Origin: Candidatus Enterousia sp.
GTDB taxonomy: Bacteria; Pseudomonadota; Alphaproteobacteria; Rs-D84
Reading direction: 5' to 3'
DNA length: 36,787 nt
NCBI GenBank assembly: GCA_045643525.1
Contig: JAZUKY010000068.1
Coordinates: forward strand, 1-36,787
The number at the start of each line of letters is the position of its first letter. Position 1 is the stretch's first letter. Shown here in pieces: positions 25,560 through 34,885 of the stretch. Made by a program: the position numbers and the translations under genes. Below the pieces are notes generated by a model. That model ran no database searches. It saw only the letters and a list, made by a program, of their open reading frames with translations, and had not been told where the DNA came from.

Positions 25560-27791
25560 ATGAGTAAGGAAATAATAGAGAATATTGATTCACAACAATT
25601 AGCTGAGGCGTTGTCCGAACGCTATTTATCATATGCGGTCAGTACAATTGTATCACGTGCGTTACCTGATGTGCGTGATGGTTTAAAACCGGTGCACCGC
25701 CGTATTTTGTATTCCATGTTACGTCAAAAATTATCCCCTGCGGCGGCATTTCGTAAATGTGCCACGGTGGTTGGTGACGTGTTGGGACATTACCATCCAC
25801 ATGGGGACAGTTCGGTATATGATGCCATGGTTCGTTTGGCCCAAGATTTTTCGGTCCGATATCCGTTAATTGATGGTCAGGGAAATTTTGGTAATATTGA
25901 TGGTGATCCACAGGCGGCATATCGTTATACAGAATCAAAAATGACCGATGCGGCCATGTTGATTATGGAAGGTATCGATGAAAACAGTGTCGAAATGATG
26001 CCGAATTTTGATGGTACAACTGTTGAACCAACGGTGATGCCCGGGGCGTTTCCGAATTTGTTGGCCAACGGTGGTATGGGAATTGCTGTGGGTATGGCAA
26101 CAAATATTCCAACCCACAATGTGGCAGAGGTTTGTGATGCATTGGCATTGGTAATTGATAACCCCGATGCGACAACCGCACAAATTATTAAAAAAATGCC
26201 TGGACCCGATTTTCCAACAGGTGGTATTTTGATTGATAGCATGGATACCATTATAAAAAATTATGAAACGGGTCGTGGGGCATTTCGTATTCGTGCAAAA
26301 TGGTCTGTGGAAAATTTGGAACGTGGCGGTTGGCAGGCTGTGATAACAGAAGTTCCATATGGTATTATTAAATCAAAATTGGTTGAGCAAATTGCAGGAT
26401 TAATTGATTCCAAAAAATTGCCATTGGTTGATGATATTGCCGATGAATCAACAGCGGATGTTCGTATCGTTATTACGCCAAAAAATCGTAATGTGCCTGC
26501 TGATAAAATGATGGCACATTTGTTTGCAACGACTGATTTAGAATACAGATTTAATATGAATTTGAACGTTATCGATTCCAAGGGGGCACCCCGTGTTATG
26601 GGAATTGGTGATGTTTTGCGTGAGTTTGTTGCCCATCAAAAAGATGTTTTGCAACGTCGTACGAAATGGCGTTTAACGAATATTGAACGTCGTTTGGAAA
26701 TATTGGGCGGTCTGTTAATTGTATATTTAAATTTGGATCGGGTTATTGAAATTATCCGTAACGAAGATGATCCAAAATCTGTATTGGTTGCAGAATTTAA
26801 TTTGACCGATGTCCAGGTAGAGGCAATATTAAACACACGCCTGCGTAGTTTACGTAAATTGGAAGAAATGGAAATCCGTCGTGAAGATGCGGATTTGCGT
26901 GCAGAACAGCAAAAATTACAGGAATTGTTGGCAAATGAATCTGCACAAAATGACCAATTAAAAGTATGGTTTGCGGATATCAAGAAACGCTATGATAAAA
27001 AAACAGCGTTGGGCCGTCGTCGTTCGGAATGGGCGGAACAATCCGAAGAAATTGTTGTTAATACGGATGAATTTATTGAAAAAGAACCATTGACGATAAT
27101 ATTGTCATCGATGGGTTGGATACGTGCGGCCAAGGGGCATATGGATTTGAATAATTTGGATATGAAATTCAAAGAAGGTGACACATTACAAACAGCATTC
27201 CATGCAATGTCAACGGATAAAATCAATTTGTTTACATCGGGTGGAAAAATGTTTACGTTGTCTGCAAATGAATTGCCATCTGCACGTGGATTTGGTGAAT
27301 CTGTTCGTATGATGGCGGATATTGGTGCGGATGAAGAAATTGTTCGTATATTTGTTTTGGATACGAATGCTAAATATTTGGTTGTTGCCCGTCATGGAAA
27401 TGGATTTATAGTATCTGGTGAAAATTGCGTTGCACAAACCAAAAATGGTAAACAGGTTATGAATGTTGATGCACAAAATCCTGCGATGATGTGTTTACAG
27501 GTATCTGGTGATACTGTTGCTGTATCGGGTTCAAATGATAAATTGTTGATATTTGCCACATCTGAAATTCCAGAAATGGCCCGGGGCAAGGGTGTAATAT
27601 TACAAAAGTATAATGCGGATCGCACGTATGTTTTGGATGTTATGTTCTTTGATGCCACAAACGGTTTTGGATGGACGACGGGGCGTGGTACAACAAAATT
27701 GGATGATTGGAAACCATGGTTTGCCAAACGTGCATCTCAGGGGCGGACAGTTCCATTGGGATTTCCACGCAGTGGTAAGTTTGGAAAATAA
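25560..27791 (+). CDS. parC: DNA topoisomerase IV subunit A
   Basis: About 743 aa from MSKEIIENI. Type IIA topoisomerase A-subunit motifs [24 protein letters not shown] and the AAYRYTE active-site Tyr region. The length and the absence of a visible GyrA box favour ParC over GyrA. Confidence 0.9.
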   Translation: MSKEIIENIDSQQLAEALSERYLSYAVSTIVSRALPDVRDGLKPVHRRILYSMLRQKLSPAAAFRKCATVVGDVLGHYHPHGDSSVYDAMVRLAQDFSVRYPLIDGQGNFGNIDGDPQAAYRYTESKMTDAAMLIMEGIDENSVEMMPNFDGTTVEPTVMPGAFPNLLANGGMGIAVGMATNIPTHNVAEVCDALALVIDNPDATTAQIIKKMPGPDFPTGGILIDSMDTIIKNYETGRGAFRIRAKWSVENLERGGWQAVITEVPYGIIKSKLVEQIAGLIDSKKLPLVDDIADESTADVRIVITPKNRNVPADKMMAHLFATTDLEYRFNMNLNVIDSKGAPRVMGIGDVLREFVAHQKDVLQRRTKWRLTNIERRLEILGGLLIVYLNLDRVIEIIRNEDDPKSVLVAEFNLTDVQVEAILNTRLRSLRKLEEMEIRREDADLRAEQQKLQELLANESAQNDQLKVWFADIKKRYDKKTALGRRRSEWAEQSEEIVVNTDEFIEKEPLTIILSSMGWIRAAKGHMDLNNLDMKFKEGDTLQTAFHAMSTDKINLFTSGGKMFTLSANELPSARGFGESVRMMADIGADEEIVRIFVLDTNAKYLVVARHGNGFIVSGENCVAQTKNGKQVMNVDAQNPAMMCLQVSGDTVAVSGSNDKLLIFATSEIPEMARGKGVILQKYNADRTYVLDVMFFDATNGFGWTTGRGTTKLDDWKPWFAKRASQGRTVPLGFPRSGKFGK

Positions 27792-27792
27792 A

Positions 27793-27821
27793 AACAATGC
27801 CCATTTCGGCATTGTTTTTTT
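27793..27821. terminator. bidirectional intrinsic terminator
   Basis: AACAATGCC-catttc-GGCATTGTT flanked by an A-run and T7. Sits between parC and the convergent helicase remnant. Confidence 0.7.
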
Positions 27822-27824
27822 GTG

Positions 27825-29264
27825 TTATGGATTCATTAACACTTCGTAATCTTCTGTGGATATTGTTGTGTCAAACAAACCTATATCTTGACCGATATGC
27901 TTGTTTATTCCCGAATATTCCAACGATGCATCTTCATAGCGTTTAAATTTATATACCGCATCATTCATTAATGCGTCATTAAATACACCCAAACTTACCA
28001 ACAATTCAAAATCTTTAACATCTAAGCCAGTTACTTTTTTAAATAAGCCCGGTTCTAATTGTGTAATAACATCTTTCAATGTTCGTTCACGGTAATCTGT
28101 TAAATACATAAAGATTGGAACGCGTGTTGCAAATTTGATTAATTTTTCTTGTATTTGTTTGCGTTTAGATTTGTATTCTTTTTCTTCTTCACTTAATTCT
28201 TTCTTTTCTTTGGCTGTTAATTCACGTTCATTTGCTTTTTTTTTCCTTTATTGAATCGGATTTATTAATAATTGTTTCAATATCTTGATTTAAACTGCGA
28301 AATCCTTCGATACGCATTAGTGCACGCATTGCGTTTTCATTATTCATCAATCGTTGTAATGTTGCATTATCTACATTAACCAATAATGCACTTTCCCAAC
28401 GTCGGGCCAATAATGTTGCACTGGTGCCACTCATTGCCATGTCAAGTATTTCAGCCGCATTAATTTGACGCATTGCACTGCCGTCATATGCCAAAACAGT
28501 AAAAAGTTAATAAATTCTGCAACCTTTTTTTCGGGATTGTTTTCATCAATATTTAAACGACAACTGTAATCTGTAATTTGACGCAAAGCTCGATCAGGTG
28601 CAAAATCAAAAACATAACATTCTGGTTTTATTATCTGTGTCGCATTTGGATGTTGTCCATCGGGATTTTTTATAACCCACGGGGTTTGAACACGAAATGC
28701 CGCCTGAAAATATGTTTCTGGTGTTTTTAAATTACGTAATATAAATATCACAGACCAAGGTTTAACAGATACACCAGTTGTTAATTTACCACAAGACAAA
28801 GTAATTGTTTTTGTTTCCAAAGGATTAGCCATTTGTTTAAATACGGGTGTTAATGCTTTGACACCAATTCCTGCAGATGTTCCTGCGACAACAATAATTT
28901 TATAATCGTGATAAAACGCATTTTGACGTCTGCTTAATAAATTTTTCATTGCATGGCATGAGGCAACAGATGGTAAAAACCAAAACGTGTGCGATAAAAT
29001 TCTCAATAATCTGCCATCACCAAAGGGCATCGGTGGTTTTTTTGCACCCATTTTTAAATTATCAACCGTTGTTTCCATTAAATTACCACGGATTAAATCC
29101 AACCATTTTTGCACTTCGTTTTCATATTTGAATTTTGCATTTTCTCCATCACCGTCTGCTGAAAAGAACGTATTTAAATCAAATTCGTTAAATTCACCGC
29201 CCAATGCAATATTACGAATGGATTCTGGCAATTGGTATAGCTTGAGCAGATGTTGCGCCTGTTG
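27825..29264 (-). pseudogene. SF2-helicase-like (restriction/defence-type) gene remnant; N-terminal half missing, two frameshifts
   Basis: Three consecutive ORF pieces: open frames 28431-29264, 28228-28494 and 27825-28247. The first carries helicase C-domain-like motifs KIIVVAGTSAG, LSCGKLTTGVSVKPW and YFQAAFRVQTP. No Walker A/DEAD half is present. The frame changes coincide with an A5 run (28501-28505) and a T9 run (28236-28244). Confidence 0.6.
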
Positions 29265-29826
29265 TTAATTGATATGGAGGGTTTCCAATAATAACATCAA
29301 ACTTCATTTTGAATACCTCGTCTACGTGGATAAATTGATATGCGTGTGTTTCCAATGCTTCATCACGATCGTATTCTGATTGTGATGCACCACAAAATTT
29401 ACATTTGCCGTTTTCCCATGTGTGCTGTATACGTTCAAACAGGATATTGCCGCTTTTTGTATTAAAATTGTTACAAATTGAATATTCACTGTTCGCATTT
29501 TTAGAACAATAAACCGAACGTCGTGACAACATGGATGTCAATTCAGTAATTGCGATACCATATAACTGCTTTGAATAAATGTGATTTAATCGTTCTTGTA
29601 AATCTGGAATTTTATCTGATAATCCTGTAATTAATCGTTTTGCAATTTCACGTAAAAATACACCACTTTTGCAGCATGGATCCAGGAATTTTGCATCCGG
29701 ATTGGACCATAAATTGTTTGGTAGCATATCCAGCATTTGGTTTGCAATGATGGGTGGTGTAAATACTTCATCATTACTAAGGTTGGCCAAACAACTTAAT
29801 ACATCAGGATTGTATTTATTCTGCAT
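29212..29826 (-). pseudogene. Eco57I-like N6-adenine DNA methyltransferase, truncated just after motif IV
   Basis: 204 aa. [17 protein letters not shown], motif [20 protein letters not shown], motif [13 protein letters not shown]. The ORF stops 18 codons after NPPY, so the whole C-terminal part expected for this family is missing. Confidence 0.65.
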
Positions 29827-30493
29827 CTTTTAATCTTTTGTAATCAACTGTGGAAAATTCACGTATTGGAATGGGGGACCATGTTGTGTTGCCGATATCT
29901 GAATTGTTAAATGTCCCATTAAATTCAGAATCAACCAAATTTGAAAAATAAAAATCGCGGCGTTTAAATTTGTTGCCGATAACCAACGACCATTCAGAAA
30001 AAACAATTGGTTTATCTGTGCCGTCGGCATATTTCAGATTTAATGCATCGCCCAATATGATGTTTTTGCTTAAAATAAATCGCAGTGTTTCAATAAAATC
30101 GTTTGGAATATATTCATATTTGCATTTATAAACATCTGCATAATTTTTAATACATATTTCCAATAACAATGCACGACAATCGGTAACATTGTCTGGTAAT
30201 ATATCAATGCCGTAAATACTGGATACCGCCAAAACGGTATATCGTTCGTATTCAATACGACTGCGTTTATAACGCTGTTTAATGATGTGTAATTTACGAC
30301 GTAATATTTCTGTTAAAAATGCCCCCTTGCCACAGGCGGGCTCTAGGAAACGACTGTCTATGCGCTGAGTTTCCGTATTTACCATATCCAACATTGCATT
30401 AACTTCACGTGGGGCGGTGAAAACTTCGCCATGTGACGCAACCCGCTGTTTTGATACTGTTTGCGTAGAAAAAGTGGAAAGATTAAACGATCG
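29816..30493 (-). pseudogene. second DNA-methyltransferase-like gene lacking a start codon and the NPPY motif
   Basis: Motif I FLEPACGKGAFL, IYGIDI, NIILGDAL. The conserved N-terminal GEVFTAPREVNAMLDMV is in frame but upstream of the first ATG (30394). No ATG/GTG/TTG lies between it and the in-frame stop at 30494-30496. VIGNKFKRR sits where xGNPPY would be expected. Confidence 0.55.
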
Positions 30494-30553
30494 TTAGATT
30501 TTTACGGTTATTGTTCGTTTTTTGACTAAAAATCAATGTTTTTTAAAAAGTGC

Positions 30554-30582
30554 TTGCAATTATATTTTAAATTGTATATTAT
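30554..30582 (+). promoter_or_regulatory. candidate sigma70 promoter of tRNA-Asp
   Basis: TTGCAA (30554-30559), 17-nt spacer, TATTAT (30577-30582), 11 nt before the mature tRNA 5' end. Confidence 0.45.
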
Positions 30583-30593
30583 ATAAACCGCTT

Positions 30594-30670
30594 GGGGTGT
30601 TAGCTCAGCTGGTTAGAGCGTCTGCCTGTCACGCAGAAGGTCGAGGGTTCGAGCCCCTTACATCCCGCCA
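30594..30670 (+). tRNA. tRNA-Asp (anticodon GUC), CCA encoded
   Basis: 77 nt. Acceptor stem GGGGTGT/ACATCCC, D-arm GCTC..GAGC, anticodon arm TCTGC-CTGTCAC-GCAGA, T-arm GAGGG-TTCGAGC-CCCTT, 3' GCCA. Confidence 0.95.
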
Positions 30671-30680
30671 GAATAAATTT

Positions 30681-30708
30681 ACGCATCGGTTTTCGATGCG
30701 TATTTTTT
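30681..30708 (+). terminator. intrinsic terminator after tRNA-Asp
   Basis: ACGCATCG-gtttt-CGATGCGT followed by aTTTTTT. Confidence 0.7.
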
Positions 30709-30790
30709 GTGATTTATTTCATGTTTACATATCTAATGTATGTATTGTATGATGTGTAGCATAACGTTAAAAAAGAAAAGGGGAATATAA

Positions 30791-31228
30791 ATGAATTTAA
30801 AAAAAATTGTAATATCTGTTGCAATGTTGGCGTTGACCGCATGTGGGCAATCTGGTGAAAAAAATCCGTTACGTGGGACAAATTTTATTTCTGAGAAAGA
30901 CGGTGCCAGTATTGTCTTAACATTTGCAGATGATGAAATGCGTGTAAATGGTCGTGTCGTTAATTTGTATAATGGAACGTATGAATTAAATGGTGATAAA
31001 ATCAGTTTTGGTCCAATTGCATCAACAATGATGATGGGGCCATTAAATGAAATGGATGTGGAACAGGGGTATTTTAAATTTTTGGAAACTGTTGAAACAT
31101 ACAATTTAACAGATGGGCAATTAACATTAATTGGTGCAGATGGACAAACTGTTGTATTTAACCAGGTGGATGCTGAATCTGAAATACCGGTTGAAGAAAT
31201 AACGGTTGTTGAAACTGATGTTGAATAA
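30791..31228 (+). CDS. META-domain (HslJ-like) lipoprotein
   Basis: 145 aa. Lipobox LALTAC. The pattern GRVVNLYNGTYELNGDKISFGPIASTMMMGP...EQGYFKFLETVETYNLTDGQLTL fits the META domain. GGGGAA RBS. Confidence 0.75.
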   Translation: MNLKKIVISVAMLALTACGQSGEKNPLRGTNFISEKDGASIVLTFADDEMRVNGRVVNLYNGTYELNGDKISFGPIASTMMMGPLNEMDVEQGYFKFLETVETYNLTDGQLTLIGADGQTVVFNQVDAESEIPVEEITVVETDVE

Positions 31229-31243
31229 TAATTTTTATTATGT

Positions 31244-31277
31244 AAAAAAACAGACCGATATTTCGGTCTGTTTTTTT
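31244..31277. terminator. bidirectional intrinsic terminator
   Basis: A7, CAGACCGA-tatt-TCGGTCTG, T7. Sits between the convergent META lipoprotein gene and pgsA. Confidence 0.75.
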
Positions 31278-31280
31278 ATC

Positions 31281-31880
31281 TTATTTAATTTTTTGTAATT
31301 TTTGAATAAATGTTTTTGTGTATTGAATGGCCGATACAACGGATGCAATTAATGCAAACCATAAAATTGTAACCGCAACTGTTGGTAATTGTTCGAATAT
31401 TATAATTAATGAACGATTACTTGGGGCAATTGACATTAATTGTGGAATAACCAACCATGTTAAAAATGCGGTTGTTGCAACCATTTGTAATGTTGTTTTA
31501 ATTTTGCCCAATGAAAAACGTGCATGTGGAACCGGCATTTCAATTTTTTGTGTTCCTAAAAATTCACGTAAACCACTGATATACAAATCACGTGCAATCA
31601 TTATGATTGTTGGGACAACAATAAACCATACCGGCATCATTACGGCCAACATTATTAATGTATTTGCGACCAATAATTTATCACCTGTGTGATCCATTAC
31701 ACCACCGATTTTTGTGCATACGTTATATTTACGGGCCAAATAACCATCAAACCAATCGGATGCGGCCGCTAAAAAATATACAACCAATGTTGTTGCATAG
31801 CATCCCAACATTAATAATGGGATAATCGCAAATGATGCACAAATACGAAATGCTGATAAAAAGTTAACAAAAAATTTCAT
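31281..31880 (-). CDS. pgsA: CDP-diacylglycerol--glycerol-3-phosphate 3-phosphatidyltransferase
   Basis: 199 aa. CDP-alcohol phosphatidyltransferase motif DWFDGYLARKYNVCTKIGGVMDHTGDKL. AAGGAG RBS. Downstream of uvrC, as in many bacteria. Confidence 0.9.
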   Translation of the reverse strand: MKFFVNFLSAFRICASFAIIPLLMLGCYATTLVVYFLAAASDWFDGYLARKYNVCTKIGGVMDHTGDKLLVANTLIMLAVMMPVWFIVVPTIIMIARDLYISGLREFLGTQKIEMPVPHARFSLGKIKTTLQMVATTAFLTWLVIPQLMSIAPSNRSLIIIFEQLPTVAVTILWFALIASVVSAIQYTKTFIQKLQKIK

Positions 31881-31927
31881 AATAATACTCCTTGTTTGAT
31901 TATGAATTGATAATGTATCAATGTTTG

Positions 31928-33361
31928 TTATTGTATCACGTTTGAATGAAAATGGGCATAAATTTTTTCGGCCGCCGCTTTGCCCAATCCTGGAACACGT
32001 AACAGTGCTGTTAAATCTGCATCGGCAACCGCACGGGCCGAACCAAAATGTGTTAATAGTGTGTGTTTGCGTTTTGTACCAATACCATCGATTTCATCCA
32101 ATACGGATGATGTCATTGTTTTGGCACGAACTGTTCTGTGATATGTTATTACAAAACGATGTGCCTCATCCCGGACGGCACGTAACATTAAAAATAATTT
32201 TGAATCACGTGGCATATCATTATAGACATCGCCGTTTGGCATAATAAAATGTTCATCACCATCGCGAACCACACCCTTGGTAACGCCTAAAATAGGTATG
32301 TGTGGGGCATTTTTGTGTGCAATATTCCATTGTGCGGGGCCACCATCAACGATTATTAAATCCAATTTGGGTCCATGTTCGGTGGCCCGTTTAACAAATT
32401 CGGCCATCATGGCGATGTCATTGCCCGCACGTGCGGCATCACGTAATTTAAAATGCCGATATCCAGATTTAATAAATCCATTGTGACCAAATGTTATCAT
32501 TGCTCCAACTGGACTGCGGCCGAACAGATGTGAATTATCAAATACGCCAATGTAATCCGCACGTATGCCCAACCATTTTTCTAATTCATTAACGTTTTCG
32601 GCCCAATTAATATTTTTATCATGATTTCCAGAATTTGTTTTTAATGTGCCACGATTGGAGGTATAGGTTAATGCGGCGATTTTATCACGACAAATTGCGG
32701 CCGATTCAAAATCCATTGTGTCGGAATATTGTTTCATTTGTTTTGTTAATTCTGCGATTATTGGTTCACTGTCACCACTTAAAATTCGGCGGGCCAACTG
32801 TGTACGTGAATCGTAATCGGTTTGTGTAATGCAACATGGACCACTGCATCTGCCAATTTGGTGTAACAGGCATGGGCGTGAACGATTACGCATAAATGTA
32901 TCTGTGCATGTGCGGATTTGACATACCTTTTGAATTGTCTTTATTGTTTCATTTAACGCATTAACTGATGGGTATGGACCAAATACGTCACGACGTTGGG
33001 TAACCTTGCCCCGGAATTTTAATAATCGGGGAAATTGTGATGTGGTTAATGCAATCATAGGGTACATTTTCCCATCGGTTAACATAATATTGTATTTTGG
33101 TTTTAATGTTTTTATTAATTCCTGTTCACGTATTAATGCATCGGATTCTGTTGCAACCGTTTCCCATTCTACACGTGTAACCAAACTGCGCATAACCTGT
33201 TTGTGTGGTTCCAATTTAGATATATCAATATATTGTTTTAAACGATTTGACAGATTTTTTGCCTTGCCTACATATAATAAATTACCATCGGTGTCAAACA
33301 TACTGTATACACCGGGGGCATTGGGACTGTTGGCAATCAAATCTGTAAATTGAATATTCAT
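31928..33361 (-). CDS. uvrC: excinuclease ABC subunit C
   Basis: About 477 aa from MNIQFTDLI. GIY-YIG (PGVYSMFDTDGNLLYVGKAKNLSNRLKQY), a UVR-like segment (MDFESAAICRDKIAAL), an endonuclease domain (IGVFDNSHLFG) and a C-terminal (HhH)2 (IDGIGTKRK...VPGLGKAAAEKI). Compact relative to the roughly 600-aa norm. Confidence 0.92.
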   Translation of the reverse strand: MNIQFTDLIANSPNAPGVYSMFDTDGNLLYVGKAKNLSNRLKQYIDISKLEPHKQVMRSLVTRVEWETVATESDALIREQELIKTLKPKYNIMLTDGKMYPMIALTTSQFPRLLKFRGKVTQRRDVFGPYPSVNALNETIKTIQKVCQIRTCTDTFMRNRSRPCLLHQIGRCSGPCCITQTDYDSRTQLARRILSGDSEPIIAELTKQMKQYSDTMDFESAAICRDKIAALTYTSNRGTLKTNSGNHDKNINWAENVNELEKWLGIRADYIGVFDNSHLFGRSPVGAMITFGHNGFIKSGYRHFKLRDAARAGNDIAMMAEFVKRATEHGPKLDLIIVDGGPAQWNIAHKNAPHIPILGVTKGVVRDGDEHFIMPNGDVYNDMPRDSKLFLMLRAVRDEAHRFVITYHRTVRAKTMTSSVLDEIDGIGTKRKHTLLTHFGSARAVADADLTALLRVPGLGKAAAEKIYAHFHSNVIQ

Positions 33362-33410
33362 ATATAATATGATAGAATATAAAAAAACAAATATCAAATG
33401 GAGTTAAAAT

Positions 33411-33878
33411 ATGAAATATGAATCTGGACGTTCAATGATCGAAATGTTGGGTGTATTGTTGATTATGGGGGTAATTACAATTGGTGCGGTTGGAATGATT
33501 TCAACAGCAATGCGTACACAAAAACGAACAACTGTAAATGATAATATTATACAAATTGTAACCGGTGTTCGGCAATTGTTGGGTGAATATGATGATTATT
33601 CACATATTGATAATAACAGAATTTTCCGTGCAATCGGTATGTCAAATAAAACACCATACGCCGGTGGTACATACAGATTGTCTGTTGATCCATCAAATTC
33701 AAACAGATTTATTGTTTCAATTGATGGGTTATCAAAATCTGATTGTGAATATTTTGTAACCAAGGCTTGGTCGGATTCTGTGGGCTATCAAATGTCTGAT
33801 GGTAAACAAAGTGGTGCGGTTGGTAATTGTGATTCGTCGGTTGGTAATAATACGGTTCAAATAACATTTGGTGATTAA
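33411..33878 (+). CDS. type IV pilin/pseudopilin-like protein
   Basis: 155 aa. Class III signal MKYESG|RSMIEMLGVLLIMGVITIGAV with Glu at +5 after the Gly. C-terminal Cys pair (SDCEYF...VGNCD) typical of the pilin disulfide loop. GGAG RBS. Confidence 0.7.
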   Translation: MKYESGRSMIEMLGVLLIMGVITIGAVGMISTAMRTQKRTTVNDNIIQIVTGVRQLLGEYDDYSHIDNNRIFRAIGMSNKTPYAGGTYRLSVDPSNSNRFIVSIDGLSKSDCEYFVTKAWSDSVGYQMSDGKQSGAVGNCDSSVGNNTVQITFGD

Positions 33879-33900
33879 TTTTTGTTTTGTACCATAATTT

Positions 33901-34875
33901 ATGGGGTATTGTTTTATGGCTGATATAATGACTGTTCCAAAAAACGAGGATGGTGTACGTTTGTTGCGCTGGTTTTTGCGTAATTTCCCATCAATGCCGC
34001 AACGTGATTTTTATCGGTTATGTCGTGGTGGACAAATTCGTGTAAATTCTAAACGTGTAAATGGACGTGAGATTTTACGTTCTGGGGATATTGTGCGTAT
34101 TCCACCGACCGTTTCCAGTTATCGTAATGCACCAAAAAAGACGGAATCGGGTGATAATTTTTCGTTGGCGGATTTGGAAAAATTACGTAAATGTATTATC
34201 CATAATGATAATGATATAGTTGTTTTTAATAAACCCGCCGGAATGGCTGTACAGGGTGGAACGGGTATACGAAAATCTGTTGATAAAATGGCGGCGGCGT
34301 TGTTTCCGTATGACAAAATATCATTGGTTCATCGATTGGACAAAGAAACCAGTGGTGTTTTAGTCGTGGCAAAAAATATGAAAGCTGCCCAGATTTTGGC
34401 AACGGAATTTCAATCACGTACCGCACACAAAGAATATTTGGCTTTATTGGCCGGACGTGTTGCAAATCGTTCGGGGATAATTGATAATTATATGGCACGT
34501 GGTACCGTGTATGATATGGCCGGACGTGTTGATGGTAACGGTCAACGACCACAACGTGCAATAACAGAATACAGGGTTTTGGCACAAACCGGAAATGGTA
34601 TGTCATGGGTATTGTTTTCACCACATACGGGGCGAACACATCAATTGCGTGTTCACAGTGCAAAGGTATTGAATGCACCGATTGTTGGTGATGCATTATA
34701 TGGTGATGTTCATGAAAATTCAAATGATGAATTGTTGCAACAATCTAATTTATTTTTATTTGCGTATCGTATCAGTTTTAAACATCCAATCACCGGTAAA
34801 AATTTGAATATTCGTGCCGAATTACCAGATTTTATTGCAAAAATTGTTAAAATGTTAGAATTGCCATTACCATAG
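33901..34875 (+). CDS. rluC: 23S rRNA pseudouridine synthase, RluA family (RluC-like) with N-terminal S4 domain
   Basis: S4-like LLRWFLRNFPSMPQRDFYRLCRGGQIRVNSKRV. Catalytic HRLDKETSGVLVVAKN, plus HQLRVH. The start is uncertain (ATG at 33901, 33916 or 33928). Confidence 0.85.
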   Translation: MGYCFMADIMTVPKNEDGVRLLRWFLRNFPSMPQRDFYRLCRGGQIRVNSKRVNGREILRSGDIVRIPPTVSSYRNAPKKTESGDNFSLADLEKLRKCIIHNDNDIVVFNKPAGMAVQGGTGIRKSVDKMAAALFPYDKISLVHRLDKETSGVLVVAKNMKAAQILATEFQSRTAHKEYLALLAGRVANRSGIIDNYMARGTVYDMAGRVDGNGQRPQRAITEYRVLAQTGNGMSWVLFSPHTGRTHQLRVHSAKVLNAPIVGDALYGDVHENSNDELLQQSNLFLFAYRISFKHPITGKNLNIRAELPDFIAKIVKMLELPLP

Positions 34876-34885
34876 GGATGTTAAA

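Noticed and set aside
25639-27812. Multiple 70-115-aa minus-strand ORFs within parC
   Set aside because: They are antisense shadows of a confidently identified 743-aa parC. They have no RBSs or motifs.
30594-30670. tRNA-Asp as the integration site of a genomic island carrying the RM remnant
   Set aside because: The remnant lies on the 5' (promoter) side of the tRNA, not the 3' side used by integrases. I saw no integrase gene and no direct repeat of the tRNA 3' end at the other boundary (27.8 kb).
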